DNA from: Candidatus Zixiibacteriota bacterium
GTDB lineage: Bacteria; Zixibacteria; MSB-5A5; UBA10806; 4484-95
Assembly: GCA_029932605.1 (NCBI GenBank)
Contig: JAOZPT010000003.1
Coordinates: forward strand, 1-42,490
Direction: 5' to 3'
DNA: 42,490 nt
Shown: piece after piece, positions 1 through 9,491 of the stretch
Layout of the letters: each line of letters begins with the position of its first letter
Numbering within the stretch: the first letter of the stretch is position 1
Translations under genes and position numbers: made by a program
The notes under the pieces: generated by a model
Database searches by the model: none
What the model was told of the DNA's origin: nothing
Seen by the model: the letters and a program-made list of their open reading frames with translations, nothing else

Positions 1-559
1 TGTCTAAAACCTCCTGATAGGTGTGATATCTTTCGGGAAGGCTTTGACCTGAAGAAAGGCTAAAAGGTAAAATAATAAAAAATAACACCAACAATTTAAC
101 CCTTAGCATTAAAATACCTCCTACTGAAAGACCCTGTATTATTAAAAATACATGTAAAACATCCTGTGAACAAAGTCAAAACTCATTATATTTTATTATC
201 GGAAATCTCAAATTGAAAAATACTAATCGAATATATACGGGAGGTATTGTGTATTCAAGGTTTAATAAATGAGGGAAACATGAAACAATTGTCTTAACTT
301 CAGTAACCTTTTCAAAGTTAATGTTGAATTTCTTTAACATCGATTCCAAAACAGCAACACCGGCAAGAAGAATGCCGAAGACCAATATTATTACACCTTT
401 AGTTTTAATTTACTAACAATTCTAAAAATTGTCAATTATTAATTTAATATTAATCATCGTGTTTATTAAATTTTCCGTTGAGATTTTGTTTATAATGGCA
501 AAAGGTGTCTCCAAAAAAGCTTAAGAAAAGAGGAAACACCCCATGCTCACCAATACAAA

Positions 560-955
560 GGAAAAATTAGCTCCGGAAGAGTTTTTAATGCCTTTGATGT
601 AGATAAGTGCCATAAACGGTATCTGGCCTTTCTGAGGAAATGGAGCAACAAATCTCCAGCAATCCAACGAATATCCTCTCGCTATGAAAACAACCTGTTT
701 CACTATTATGCCTTTCCAGAAGAGTGGCGGTATAGGTTACGGACCACTAACATGGCCGAAGGGTTCTTCAAACACCTAAAAACATTCCCGAGTCGTTACC
801 CAGGTTGTGTAAACAAAACACATGTTATCCAAATAGTTGGTACGTTCCTTAACGGGATAAGAGTCTATCGGCAAAGATATTATAAAACGTCAAGCTGTGG
901 GAGATACCTTGTTTGCAAGCCTTAACCAAATTTCAACAGAATTTGATTGCATTAC
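560..955 (+). mobile_element. Degenerate IS256 (Mutator)-family transposase C-terminal remnant plus probable right terminal repeat
   Basis: Manual translation of the frame containing 614 (no suitable start, so absent from the ORF track) gives RVFNAFDVDKCHKRYLAFLRKWSNKSPAIQ...LFHYYAFPEEWRYRLRTTNMAEGFFKHLK..., stop at 923-925. This matches the IS256 'F..KW...(Y)P...FY.FP.E.R..IRTTN..E' signature. It is followed by a 32-nt sequence (924-955) that recurs at 29100-29131. Confidence 0.75.
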
Positions 956-971
956 TATTGACCTAAATCAT

Positions 972-1000
972 TTGACATTAATATATACAATTTATAAATT
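972..1000 (+). promoter_or_regulatory. Putative sigma70 promoter of the HMG-CoA synthase operon
   Basis: TTGACA (972-977), 17-nt spacer, TAAATT (995-1000), about 65 nt upstream of the ATG at 1066. A GAGAGG SD precedes the ATG. Confidence 0.5.
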
Positions 1001-1065
1001 AATCTGTTTTGTTGATACTACATGCTAACTGTTTTGAAAACAACGTCTGAAAGAGAGGTTTCCTA

Positions 1066-2118
1066 ATGGTAGGAATAATCGGTTATGGAGCATATATCCC
1101 CCGGAACAGAATCAAGGTTGAGGAGATCGCCAAAATCTGGGGTGCTGATGCGCCTAGTTACAAAAGGGGTTTGATGCTCCAGGAGAAATCAGTTCCCAGT
1201 CCCGACCAGGATACTATTACCATGTCGGTTGAAGCCACAAAAAATGCTCTCAAACGTGCTGGTATCGATCCCCTGAAGATTGGAGCGGTTTATGTTGGTT
1301 CGGAATCCCATCCCTATGCTGTTAAACCGTCGGGAACAACCTTAGCCGAGGCGATTGGAGCGGTTCCCGATTGCCATTGTGCCGACTATGAGTTCGCCTG
1401 CAAAGCGGGTTCGGAGGGAATGTTTGTGGCGATGGGTCTTGTCAAAGCCGGCGAGATAGAATATGGTCTTGCAGTTGGCGCTGATACTTCACAAGGCGCA
1501 CCAGGTGATGCGCTTGAATATTCAGCCTCGGCCGGTGCAGCTGCTTTCATTTTTGGCAACGATAATATAGTTGCTGAATGCCATTATACACATTCATTCA
1601 TGACCGATACCCCTGATTTCTGGCGTCGAGAACACCAGTTTTACCCAAGGCATGCCTCACGATTCACTGGCGAACCGGCATATTTCAAACACATCATCGG
1701 CTGTGCCAAGGCGATAATGGCTAAAGCCGATATGAAACCAAGCGATTTCGACTATGTTGTGTTTCACCAGCCCAACGGTAAATTCCCAATGAATGTTGGT
1801 AAAAAACTCGGCTTTACCAAAGAACAGATTGAGCCTGGCTGGCTATGTCCGCTTTTGGGCAATACTTATTCCGGCTCATCGCCAATGGGCCTGACAGCCA
1901 CTCTGGATATCGCCAAACCGGGTGATTGGGTTCTGATGGTTTCCTATGGATCCGGCGCCGGAAGTGATGGTTTTATCTGGAAAGTCACAGAGCATATCAA
2001 CGAGGTCCGTGATAAAGCAATCAAAACCAGAACCATGCTTGAATCAGATCACAGAAAATACCTTGATTACGGCACCTACTCCAAGTTCAGGGGTAAAATC
2101 AAAAAATTAAGAGCATAA
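1066..2118 (+). CDS. Hydroxymethylglutaryl-CoA synthase, archaeal type
   Basis: 350 aa. 'GIIGYGAYIPRNRI', 'VGSESHPYAVKP', catalytic 'EFACKAG', 'FHQPNGKFP' and 'GNTYSG' are characteristic of the short archaeal HMGS. Adjacent to thiolase and DUF35. Confidence 0.93.
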   Translation: MVGIIGYGAYIPRNRIKVEEIAKIWGADAPSYKRGLMLQEKSVPSPDQDTITMSVEATKNALKRAGIDPLKIGAVYVGSESHPYAVKPSGTTLAEAIGAVPDCHCADYEFACKAGSEGMFVAMGLVKAGEIEYGLAVGADTSQGAPGDALEYSASAGAAAFIFGNDNIVAECHYTHSFMTDTPDFWRREHQFYPRHASRFTGEPAYFKHIIGCAKAIMAKADMKPSDFDYVVFHQPNGKFPMNVGKKLGFTKEQIEPGWLCPLLGNTYSGSSPMGLTATLDIAKPGDWVLMVSYGSGAGSDGFIWKVTEHINEVRDKAIKTRTMLESDHRKYLDYGTYSKFRGKIKKLRA

Positions 2119-2156
2119 TATACTTTTAACATGACAATTTTTCTGGAGGATAATAG

Positions 2157-3317
2157 ATGAGAGATGTTGCAGTAATAGGTATCGGGATGAACAAATGGGG
2201 CGAGCTCTGGGACAAGTCTATTCGTGATCTGGTTGCAGAAAGCGCCCTTCTGGCTCTCGATGATGCTGGCATAGACAAAGTTGACTCTATGTACATAGGA
2301 ACTATGTCGTCGGGATTATTCACCGACCAGGAACATCTGGCCTCAATCGGAGCAGATTATTCCGCACTTTGCCCGATACCTTGCACCAGAGTCGAATCAG
2401 CCTGTGCCTCTGGCGGACTGGCTGTTAGGATGGGATTTATGGATGTTGCCTCGGGGATGTCTGATATAGTCATGGCAGTCGGCGTGGAGAAGATGACCGA
2501 TGTAGATGGCAACGGAGCTACGTTTGCCCTGGCTACCGCTGCTGACCAGGAATATGAAGTTTTCAACGGTGTGACATTCCCCGGCTTATATGCGATGATG
2601 GCCAACCACCACATGTATAAACATGGCACAACTCGCGACCAGTTAGCGCAGGTAGCCGTAAAAAATCATCGAAACGGCAAGAAAAATCCACTGGCTCAAT
2701 TCAGGATGGAAATCACGATAGACCAGGTTAAAAATGCTGTCATGATTGCCGACCCGCTGACGATACTGGATTGCTCACCAATCACCGATGGCTCAGCCGC
2801 AGTTATTCTGTGCTCGATGGACAAAGCTAAAGAGCTCTGCAAGAAACGTATAGTTAAAATCATCGGCTCTGGTAGTGCTACCGATACGATTCAACTTGCT
2901 CAACGCGAGGATATTTCATTTATAAAATCGACTGCTGTAGCCGCAAAAAAGGCGTTCGAAATGGCAGGTAAAAAACCCTCTGATATAGACTTCATCGAGG
3001 TCCACGATTGTTTTACCATAGCAGAAATAATGACTATCGAAGCGCTGGGGTTTGTTGAAAAGGGTAAAGGCGGTCCAGCCACTGCCGACGGTTTAACCGC
3101 TATCGATGGCAAATTACCGGTTAACTCCAGCGGTGGCCTCAAATCCAAAGGCCATCCGGTGGGGGCTACAGGCACGGCTCAGATTGTCGAACTCACCAAG
3201 CAGATTCGAGGTGAGGCAGACAAAGGTCGACAGGTCAAAAATGCAAACCTGGGGTTGGCCCAGAACATGGGGGGAAGCGGTGCCAGCTCTGTTGTCCATA
3301 TTTTGGAGGGAATGTAG
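2157..3317 (+). CDS. Acetoacetyl-CoA thiolase (archaeal/SCP-x-like thiolase)
   Basis: 386 aa. '[10 protein letters not shown]' (catalytic Cys), 'EVHDCFT', '[14 protein letters not shown]'. Confidence 0.93.
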   Translation: MRDVAVIGIGMNKWGELWDKSIRDLVAESALLALDDAGIDKVDSMYIGTMSSGLFTDQEHLASIGADYSALCPIPCTRVESACASGGLAVRMGFMDVASGMSDIVMAVGVEKMTDVDGNGATFALATAADQEYEVFNGVTFPGLYAMMANHHMYKHGTTRDQLAQVAVKNHRNGKKNPLAQFRMEITIDQVKNAVMIADPLTILDCSPITDGSAAVILCSMDKAKELCKKRIVKIIGSGSATDTIQLAQREDISFIKSTAVAAKKAFEMAGKKPSDIDFIEVHDCFTIAEIMTIEALGFVEKGKGGPATADGLTAIDGKLPVNSSGGLKSKGHPVGATGTAQIVELTKQIRGEADKGRQVKNANLGLAQNMGGSGASSVVHILEGM

Positions 3318-3319
3318 TT

Positions 3320-3712
3320 ATGTCATCACCTAAATACTGGAGAGAAATGCCTCAAAGATATCGCCTTGAGGCAATCAAATGTAAAAAATGTGGCAAGGTG
3401 TTGTTCCCACCAAGACTGGTATGTCCAGCTTGCCAATCAAGAGAGTTCGAACAAACGCGAATAAACAATACAGGTAAAATCGAGACATATACAGTAATCC
3501 GTGTTGCGCCCAGCACCTTTGTCGACCAAGCTCCTTATATCGTTGCCATCGTCAATCTGGAAGGTGGGGTTAAAATCCTCTGTCAGGTTGCTGATTGTGA
3601 GCTAAACGAGTTGAAAATCGGTATGCCCGTGAATTTGGAGTTCCGAAAAATCCAGCAAGAGGGCGAAGATGGCATTATTTGTTATGGCTATAAATGTATA
3701 CCGAAATTATAG
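3320..3712 (+). CDS. DUF35 family Zn-ribbon/OB-fold scaffold protein
   Basis: 130 aa. CKKC...CPAC Zn ribbon followed by an OB-fold-like region. Starts 2 nt after the thiolase stop. Confidence 0.9.
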   Translation: MSSPKYWREMPQRYRLEAIKCKKCGKVLFPPRLVCPACQSREFEQTRINNTGKIETYTVIRVAPSTFVDQAPYIVAIVNLEGGVKILCQVADCELNELKIGMPVNLEFRKIQQEGEDGIICYGYKCIPKL

Positions 3713-3741
3713 ATAATATATAAAGGAATTGAGGGCATTTC

Positions 3742-5349
3742 GTGTTTCAGATAGAATCGAAAATCAATACCAAGAGTAGCGAGTTCAAACAAAACGCAGA
3801 ACATTTGAAAAAAGAGACAGCCAAGCTCAAAGAACGATTAGCTGAAGTTGAACAGGGCGGTCCGCCTCGTGCCCGGGAAAAACATCTGAAAAGAGGTAAA
3901 CTTCTCACACGTGATCGGGTAAAAGGTCTTTTTGACAAAAACACTCCATTTTTGGAGCTTTCCAGTTTGGCTGCTTACGACATGTACAACAACGATGCCC
4001 CCTGTGCCGGTATTATAACCGGTATCGGCGTTGTACACGGCCGGGAGGTAATGGTTGTCGCCAATGATGCAACAGTTAAAGGCGGAACCTACTACCCGAT
4101 GACCATCAAAAAACATGTTCGTGCCCAGCAGATAGCTCTTGAAAACCGACTGCCGTGTGTCTATCTTGTAGATTCAGGCGGGGTGTTTTTGCCGTATCAA
4201 AAGGATGTATTTCCCGATGTAGGCCATTTTGGTAGTATCTTCTATAATCAGGCCAGATTATCGGCGGAAAACATCCCTCAAATAGCGGTGGTCATGGGTT
4301 CCTGCACAGCCGGTGGCGCATATGTGCCAGCAATGAGCGATGAAGCCGTTATAGTCCGCAAACAGGGAACGATTTTCATAGGAGGACCACCGCTGGTCAA
4401 GGCTGCAACCGGTGTCGATGTCACTGACGAAGAATTGGGCGGTGCCGATGTCCATTGCCGTATCTCAGGTGTTGCCGATCATTATGCCTTAAACGATGAG
4501 CACGCTTTGCAGATTACAAGGAACATAATACAATGTCTGGATGCCCCCAAAAAATTCGATATCGGTAGAACCGTACCGGTCGAGCCAAAGTACGACCCGA
4601 AAGAGCTTTATGGGGTTGTGCCAAAGGATATAAAAAAACCGTTCGATATACGGGAAGTCATTGCTCGCATTGTCGATAACAGCGAATTTCATGAGTTTAA
4701 GGAACTATATGGCCAGACAATTATCTGTGGCTTCGCTCGTATTATGGGTTATCCAGTAGGAATCCTTGCTAATAACGGTGTTCTGTTTTCCGAAAGTGCG
4801 CTCAAAGGGGCACATTTTATCGAACTATGTACTATACGAAAAATCCCTCTTCTATTTCTGCAGAACGTAACCGGATTCATAGTTGGAAAAGAGTATGAGC
4901 ATGGCGGTATCGCCCGCGATGGTGCCAAGATGGTCCATGCTGTTGCCAATGCCGATGTGCCCAAATTCACCATAATAATCGCTGGCTCTTATGGCGCAGG
5001 AAATTATGCTATGTGTGGTCGGGGGTATAATCCACGGTTTTTGTGGATGTGGCCAAGTGCTCGGATAAGCGTGATGGGTGGTGAACAAGCAGCTAATGTC
5101 CTTTTGACGGTGAGAATGAAGGGGCTGAAAGACAAGGGCAAGACCATGACCAAAAAAGAACAAGAAGAATTTATGGCTCCAATCCTGGAGAAATACGAGC
5201 ATGAGGGCTCACCATATTTCAGTACTGCTCGTATCTGGGATGATGGTATTATCGATCCGCTGGACACACGCGCTATCCTGGGGCTGGCCATTTCTGTTTC
5301 TTTGAATGCCGATATCCCCGACCAGCGTTATGGTGTTTTCAGGATGTGA
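3742..5349 (+). CDS. liuB: 3-methylcrotonyl-CoA carboxylase carboxyltransferase (beta) subunit
   Basis: 535 aa, GTG start. '[13 protein letters not shown]', '[18 protein letters not shown]', '[12 protein letters not shown]', '[11 protein letters not shown]' and C-terminal 'YGVFRM' are typical of MCC-beta. Confidence 0.9.
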   Translation: MFQIESKINTKSSEFKQNAEHLKKETAKLKERLAEVEQGGPPRAREKHLKRGKLLTRDRVKGLFDKNTPFLELSSLAAYDMYNNDAPCAGIITGIGVVHGREVMVVANDATVKGGTYYPMTIKKHVRAQQIALENRLPCVYLVDSGGVFLPYQKDVFPDVGHFGSIFYNQARLSAENIPQIAVVMGSCTAGGAYVPAMSDEAVIVRKQGTIFIGGPPLVKAATGVDVTDEELGGADVHCRISGVADHYALNDEHALQITRNIIQCLDAPKKFDIGRTVPVEPKYDPKELYGVVPKDIKKPFDIREVIARIVDNSEFHEFKELYGQTIICGFARIMGYPVGILANNGVLFSESALKGAHFIELCTIRKIPLLFLQNVTGFIVGKEYEHGGIARDGAKMVHAVANADVPKFTIIIAGSYGAGNYAMCGRGYNPRFLWMWPSARISVMGGEQAANVLLTVRMKGLKDKGKTMTKKEQEEFMAPILEKYEHEGSPYFSTARIWDDGIIDPLDTRAILGLAISVSLNADIPDQRYGVFRM

Positions 5350-5368
5350 TTAACAGCAGGGAATAACC

Positions 5369-6160
5369 ATGACAAAAGATTACCAGACGATAAAGCTTGA
5401 ATACCATGATCGAATCGCCAAGGTTACACTTAACCGCCCCCGGTTGAGAAACGCCTTCAACGATGTCATGATTTCTGAAATGACGGACGCCTTTAAAACT
5501 ATCAATAACCAAGACGACTTGAGGGTGGTGGTTTTAACAGGTGAGGGACAGAGTTTTTGTGCTGGCGCAGACCTTAACTGGATGAAGGATGTTATTAATT
5601 ATACTTACGAGGAAAACCTTCGGGACTCTCTGAACCTGTCTGAAATGTTCCATATTATGTTCAACTGCCCGTTGCCAACAATCGCCCGTGTAAATGGTGC
5701 CGCCATTGGTGGAGGGACCGGAATGGTGGCAGTCTGCGATATTGTTATCGCCTCCGAAAAAGCGGTTTTCAGCTTAAGCGAGGTCAAGCTTGGTTTGGTG
5801 CCGGCATGTATCTCCCCTTACGTCATCCGCCGTCTGGGAGACAAAAACTGCCGCGAGTTTTTTCTGACCGGTGAAAGGCTTACCGCCCAAAAAGCCTTAA
5901 CCGCTGGACTGGTCAATCAGGTAGTCCCGGATGAAATGCTCGACAAAGCGGTTAATGAAAGAGTAAAACAGCTCATCTCCAGCGGCCCTGATGCCCTTAC
6001 CTGGTGTAAACAGCTACTGCTGAATACGCCTACTATACCGGAAAAGGATGTGGGAAAATATACTGCCGAAATCATCACCAAGCTCAGGATGAGCGATGAG
6101 GGGCAGGAGGGGATGAAAGCCTTTTTTGAGAAAAGAAAACCGAAATGGTGTGAAAATTGA
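5369..6160 (+). CDS. liuC: Enoyl-CoA hydratase family, probable methylglutaconyl-CoA hydratase
   Basis: 263 aa crotonase: 'FCAGADLNWMK', 'GAAIGGGTG', 'SEVKLGLVPACISPYV', C-terminal 'EGQEGMKAFFEKRKPKW'. Syntenic with MCC genes. Confidence 0.85.
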   Translation: MTKDYQTIKLEYHDRIAKVTLNRPRLRNAFNDVMISEMTDAFKTINNQDDLRVVVLTGEGQSFCAGADLNWMKDVINYTYEENLRDSLNLSEMFHIMFNCPLPTIARVNGAAIGGGTGMVAVCDIVIASEKAVFSLSEVKLGLVPACISPYVIRRLGDKNCREFFLTGERLTAQKALTAGLVNQVVPDEMLDKAVNERVKQLISSGPDALTWCKQLLLNTPTIPEKDVGKYTAEIITKLRMSDEGQEGMKAFFEKRKPKWCEN

Positions 6161-6198
6161 ATATATTGGTGTTTGGATTTATATGATGGAGTAATTTT

Positions 6199-6702
6199 AT
6201 GTTTACAACAATCGAACAGTTCAAGGAGCTATGGAAAAAAGAATCTGAAAATACCAAAAAAATATTTTCGGCATTAACTAATGATTCCCTTAACAAGAAA
6301 GTAGCCGATGATCACCGGACTCTGGGACGAATGGCATGGCATATCGTGACGACTTTCCCGGAAATGATGAACCGCATCGGTCTTAAAGTTGAGGGGGTAA
6401 AAGAGAATGCCCCGCTACCAAAATCCGCAGACGAGATTACTAAGGCATACGAGAAGGTATCGACATCACTGATACAGCAGATCACTAAAAACTGGAATGA
6501 CGATACTCTTCAGGTTGAGGATGATATGTATGGTGAAAAATATAAACGTGGCGATTCCCTCTATATGTTACTAAGCCACGAAACCCATCACCGTGCCCAG
6601 ATGACAGTGTTAATGCGTCAGGCTGGCCTTAAAGTGCCGGGTATATATGGGCCAGCGAAAGAGGAATGGTCTCAATACGGTATGAAGGAACCAGAGGTTT
6701 AA
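6199..6702 (+). CDS. DinB/YfiT superfamily protein
   Basis: 167 aa. 'RTLGRMAWHI' and 'HETHHRAQMTVLMRQAG' give the His triad of DinB-family helical bundles. Confidence 0.85.
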   Translation: MFTTIEQFKELWKKESENTKKIFSALTNDSLNKKVADDHRTLGRMAWHIVTTFPEMMNRIGLKVEGVKENAPLPKSADEITKAYEKVSTSLIQQITKNWNDDTLQVEDDMYGEKYKRGDSLYMLLSHETHHRAQMTVLMRQAGLKVPGIYGPAKEEWSQYGMKEPEV

Positions 6703-6750
6703 GGTTGATTACAAGTCTGGGTCGTATTTGTTGATAAAGTAACAGATAAC

Positions 6751-8274
6751 ATGTTCAAAAAAATACTAATAGCCAATAGGGGTGAGATATCGGTAAGGGT
6801 GATACGTGCTTGCCGCGAGTTGGGAATCACCTCGGTAGCCGTCTATTCGACGGTCGACAGGGATTCTATGCATGTTCAATTAGCCGATGAAGCAGTCTGT
6901 ATTGGTGAGGCATCTCCTGAAAAGAGTTATTTAAACATCGATGCCATCATCAATGCGGCCAGGGAGACTAACGCCGAGGCTATCCATCCCGGCTACGGTT
7001 TCCTTGCCGAAAACCACCTTTTTGCAGAACGTTGCGAAACCGAAGGAATAGCCTTTATCGGACCCCATTCAAAAGCATTGAAACTGGTGGGTGATAAGGT
7101 TGCCTCACGTAAGGTGACCGAAGCTGTCGGCATACCTATCATCCCCGGTATGAAGGGTAAAAGCACCGATGTGGATGAGTGCATGGTGGAGGCTGAGAAA
7201 ATCGGTTTCCCGGTCTTATTGAAAGCCTCGGCTGGTGGTGGTGGTAAAGGAATGAGGGTTATCTATTCAAAGGATGAACTTAAAGACGCCGTTGAGGCTG
7301 GTATGCGAGAGGCAAAATCAGCTTTTGGCGACCCCTCGGTTTATCTTGAAAAATACATCGAACAGCCCCGGCATATCGAGTTCCAGATACTGGCGGATAA
7401 ATACGGCAATGCCATTCATCTTTTCGAAAGGGAATGTTCTATACAGAGAAGACATCAGAAAATTATAGAGGAAAGCCCCTCTACTGCCCTCGATGATGAC
7501 ATGAGAAAACGTATGGGCGATACTGCCCTTAAGGTTGTCAGGGTATCGGAATATTCGAACGCTGGCACGGTTGAGTTTTTAGTTGACAAAGATAAAAACT
7601 TCTATTTTCTCGAGGTTAATGCTCGCCTCCAGGTTGAACATCCGGTAACAGAACTGGTAACCGGTATCGACCTGGTTCACTCCCAGCTACGCATAGCCGC
7701 CGGAGAAAAACTCTGGTTGAAACAACATCAATTACACCAGAACGGCCACTCTATTGAATGCAGGATTTATGCTGAAGACCCTCAGCACAATTTTTTACCC
7801 TCAGCAGGGAAAATTCTGTTCATGAAAGAACCCTCGGGACCAGGGATACGTCACGATTGCGGTATATATTCGGGGTATAATGTTTCAGTTTACTATGACC
7901 CAATTCTCTCCAAGCTGATAGCGTGGGCACCAACACGTGAAACATGTTGTAAACGGGTTGCTTCCGCTCTTGCGGATTTCCCTATACTGGGAATTAAAAC
8001 CAACATCGAATTTTTGCATGACGTAATCACTCATCCTGAATTTTCAGCAGGTAACACTTTCACTGACTTCATCAGTATAAATATGGCTGACTGGCGGCCG
8101 AAATCTCTGGATCAATCCGGTTTGGCCAATGGAATTTTAGATGAGGCTCTTATAGTGGCCGCTGTTTTCTCAAGCTCTATAAAAAAAAGCAAAACCCTTC
8201 CAACTAAAACCGAGAGTATTCCCTCACCCTGGCAGACACTCGGGGAATGGCGAATCGGCATTGGATTAGATTAA
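6751..8274 (+). CDS. Biotin carboxylase subunit (MCC-alpha N-terminal part)
   Basis: 507 aa. 'KKILIANRGEI', 'HPGYGFLAEN', 'KASAGGGGKGMR', 'RECSIQRRHQK', 'EVNARLQVEHPVTE'. No biotinyl domain. Confidence 0.93.
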   Translation: MFKKILIANRGEISVRVIRACRELGITSVAVYSTVDRDSMHVQLADEAVCIGEASPEKSYLNIDAIINAARETNAEAIHPGYGFLAENHLFAERCETEGIAFIGPHSKALKLVGDKVASRKVTEAVGIPIIPGMKGKSTDVDECMVEAEKIGFPVLLKASAGGGGKGMRVIYSKDELKDAVEAGMREAKSAFGDPSVYLEKYIEQPRHIEFQILADKYGNAIHLFERECSIQRRHQKIIEESPSTALDDDMRKRMGDTALKVVRVSEYSNAGTVEFLVDKDKNFYFLEVNARLQVEHPVTELVTGIDLVHSQLRIAAGEKLWLKQHQLHQNGHSIECRIYAEDPQHNFLPSAGKILFMKEPSGPGIRHDCGIYSGYNVSVYYDPILSKLIAWAPTRETCCKRVASALADFPILGIKTNIEFLHDVITHPEFSAGNTFTDFISINMADWRPKSLDQSGLANGILDEALIVAAVFSSSIKKSKTLPTKTESIPSPWQTLGEWRIGIGLD

Positions 8275-8301
8275 AAGAATAAAAGCTACCGGAGATTTAA
8301 A

Positions 8302-8823
8302 ATGGAGATGGAATATTTAGTCGAAGGAAAAACATATACGGTAAAAATAGATGCCGATGAAAACAGGCAGGAGAAGGCTGATTGCTTTAAAGCCACCATT
8401 GGGGAAAAACAGTACCAGTTTAATGTTGCCCCAATTTCCGACAATTGTTTTTCTTTGCTTTATGATAACAACAGTCGAATAGCTTATGTGGCTGAAGCAG
8501 AGGGACAAATATATGTCCATATTGATGGCATAACGATAAATCTCGAAGACGCCGTTTCTCAACAGAAAACGTTTTCCAGAGACAGCCTGGAGTTCGGAGT
8601 TAAAGATGAGGTCACCACATCAATGCCGGGTAAAGTAGTCAAAGTTCTTGTTAAAGAGGGTGACAAAGTGCAGGCTAAACAACCTCTGGTGATAGTTGAA
8701 TCGATGAAGATGGAAAACGAGATAAAGTCTCTGACAGATGGTTTTGTTAAATCGATACATTTTGGTCCGGGTGACCTTGTCGAACCCGGCCAACCCATCA
8801 TCAAACTTGAAGTTGACGATTAA
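8302..8823 (+). CDS. Biotin carboxyl carrier protein with N-terminal BT-like region
   Basis: 173 aa. Biotinylation motif 'VESMKMENEI' and 'MPGKVVKVLV'. Has its own GGAG SD. Confidence 0.9.
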   Translation: MEMEYLVEGKTYTVKIDADENRQEKADCFKATIGEKQYQFNVAPISDNCFSLLYDNNSRIAYVAEAEGQIYVHIDGITINLEDAVSQQKTFSRDSLEFGVKDEVTTSMPGKVVKVLVKEGDKVQAKQPLVIVESMKMENEIKSLTDGFVKSIHFGPGDLVEPGQPIIKLEVDD

Positions 8824-8992
8824 ATCCAACATTTATACTTTAACAAACCCAAATATCTTATAACCATCAAAAACTATTGACTTTGTGTATGTATATGGAT
8901 TATTTTTGTAAAGTGAGAAAGTAAAGGTATGAAAACATGGCCCGTAATGTTGCCTTCAAGTTATTTTCAATTGCAACAGGGAGTGATGACTA

Positions 8993-9490
8993 TTGAGCAG
9001 TGATAAACAGGCACAAACTGTAAAAAAGCACAAGTTAAATTTCGCTTTCCGCGAAAAATTAGGCACCTTTGCCGAAGGTTTCAGACATAATTATTGTTAC
9101 CAGTGTGGGGCTTGTGTGGCTGACTGTCCGGCAAGCAACTATTCTAAGGAATTCAATCCACGTCTTATCATTCTCAAAGCTCTTCTTGGTTTCGAGGATG
9201 AGCTTATCAAACCCGATTCGGAGATATGGAACTGCACCAACTGCTATACCTGCTCGGAAAGATGTCCGCAGGATGTTCGACCTGTCGATGTCATCATTGC
9301 CCTGAAAAACATGTGTTATAGTGAGGGCAAGGCGCCGGAACTAATAGGCCACATTTCCGATACTGTCCTAGTAACCGGCGTCACTACCAAAATTACCTCA
9401 CTGTCTGAAAGACGCCGGCAGGAGCTTGGACTTCCCCCTATTAAAGGTTATCCGGTTGATGAAATCAAAAAGATTATCGAGGCTGATTGA
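8993..9490 (+). CDS. hdrC: Heterodisulfide reductase subunit C (2x[4Fe-4S])
   Basis: 'CYQCGACVADCP' and 'WNCTNCYTCSERCPQDV'. TTG start with a GGGAG SD. Directly upstream of HdrB. Confidence 0.88.
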   Translation: MSSDKQAQTVKKHKLNFAFREKLGTFAEGFRHNYCYQCGACVADCPASNYSKEFNPRLIILKALLGFEDELIKPDSEIWNCTNCYTCSERCPQDVRPVDVIIALKNMCYSEGKAPELIGHISDTVLVTGVTTKITSLSERRRQELGLPPIKGYPVDEIKKIIEAD

Positions 9491-9491
9491 T

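Noticed and set aside
1..20. AGGAGG SD on the minus strand at the left edge, implying a gene starting just outside the window
   Set aside because: The coding sequence lies outside the window and cannot be described.
176..385. 69-aa minus-strand ORF with faint resemblance to a Ppx/GppA C-terminal helix
   Set aside because: AT-rich, weak start, no SD, and the similarity is too short to support.
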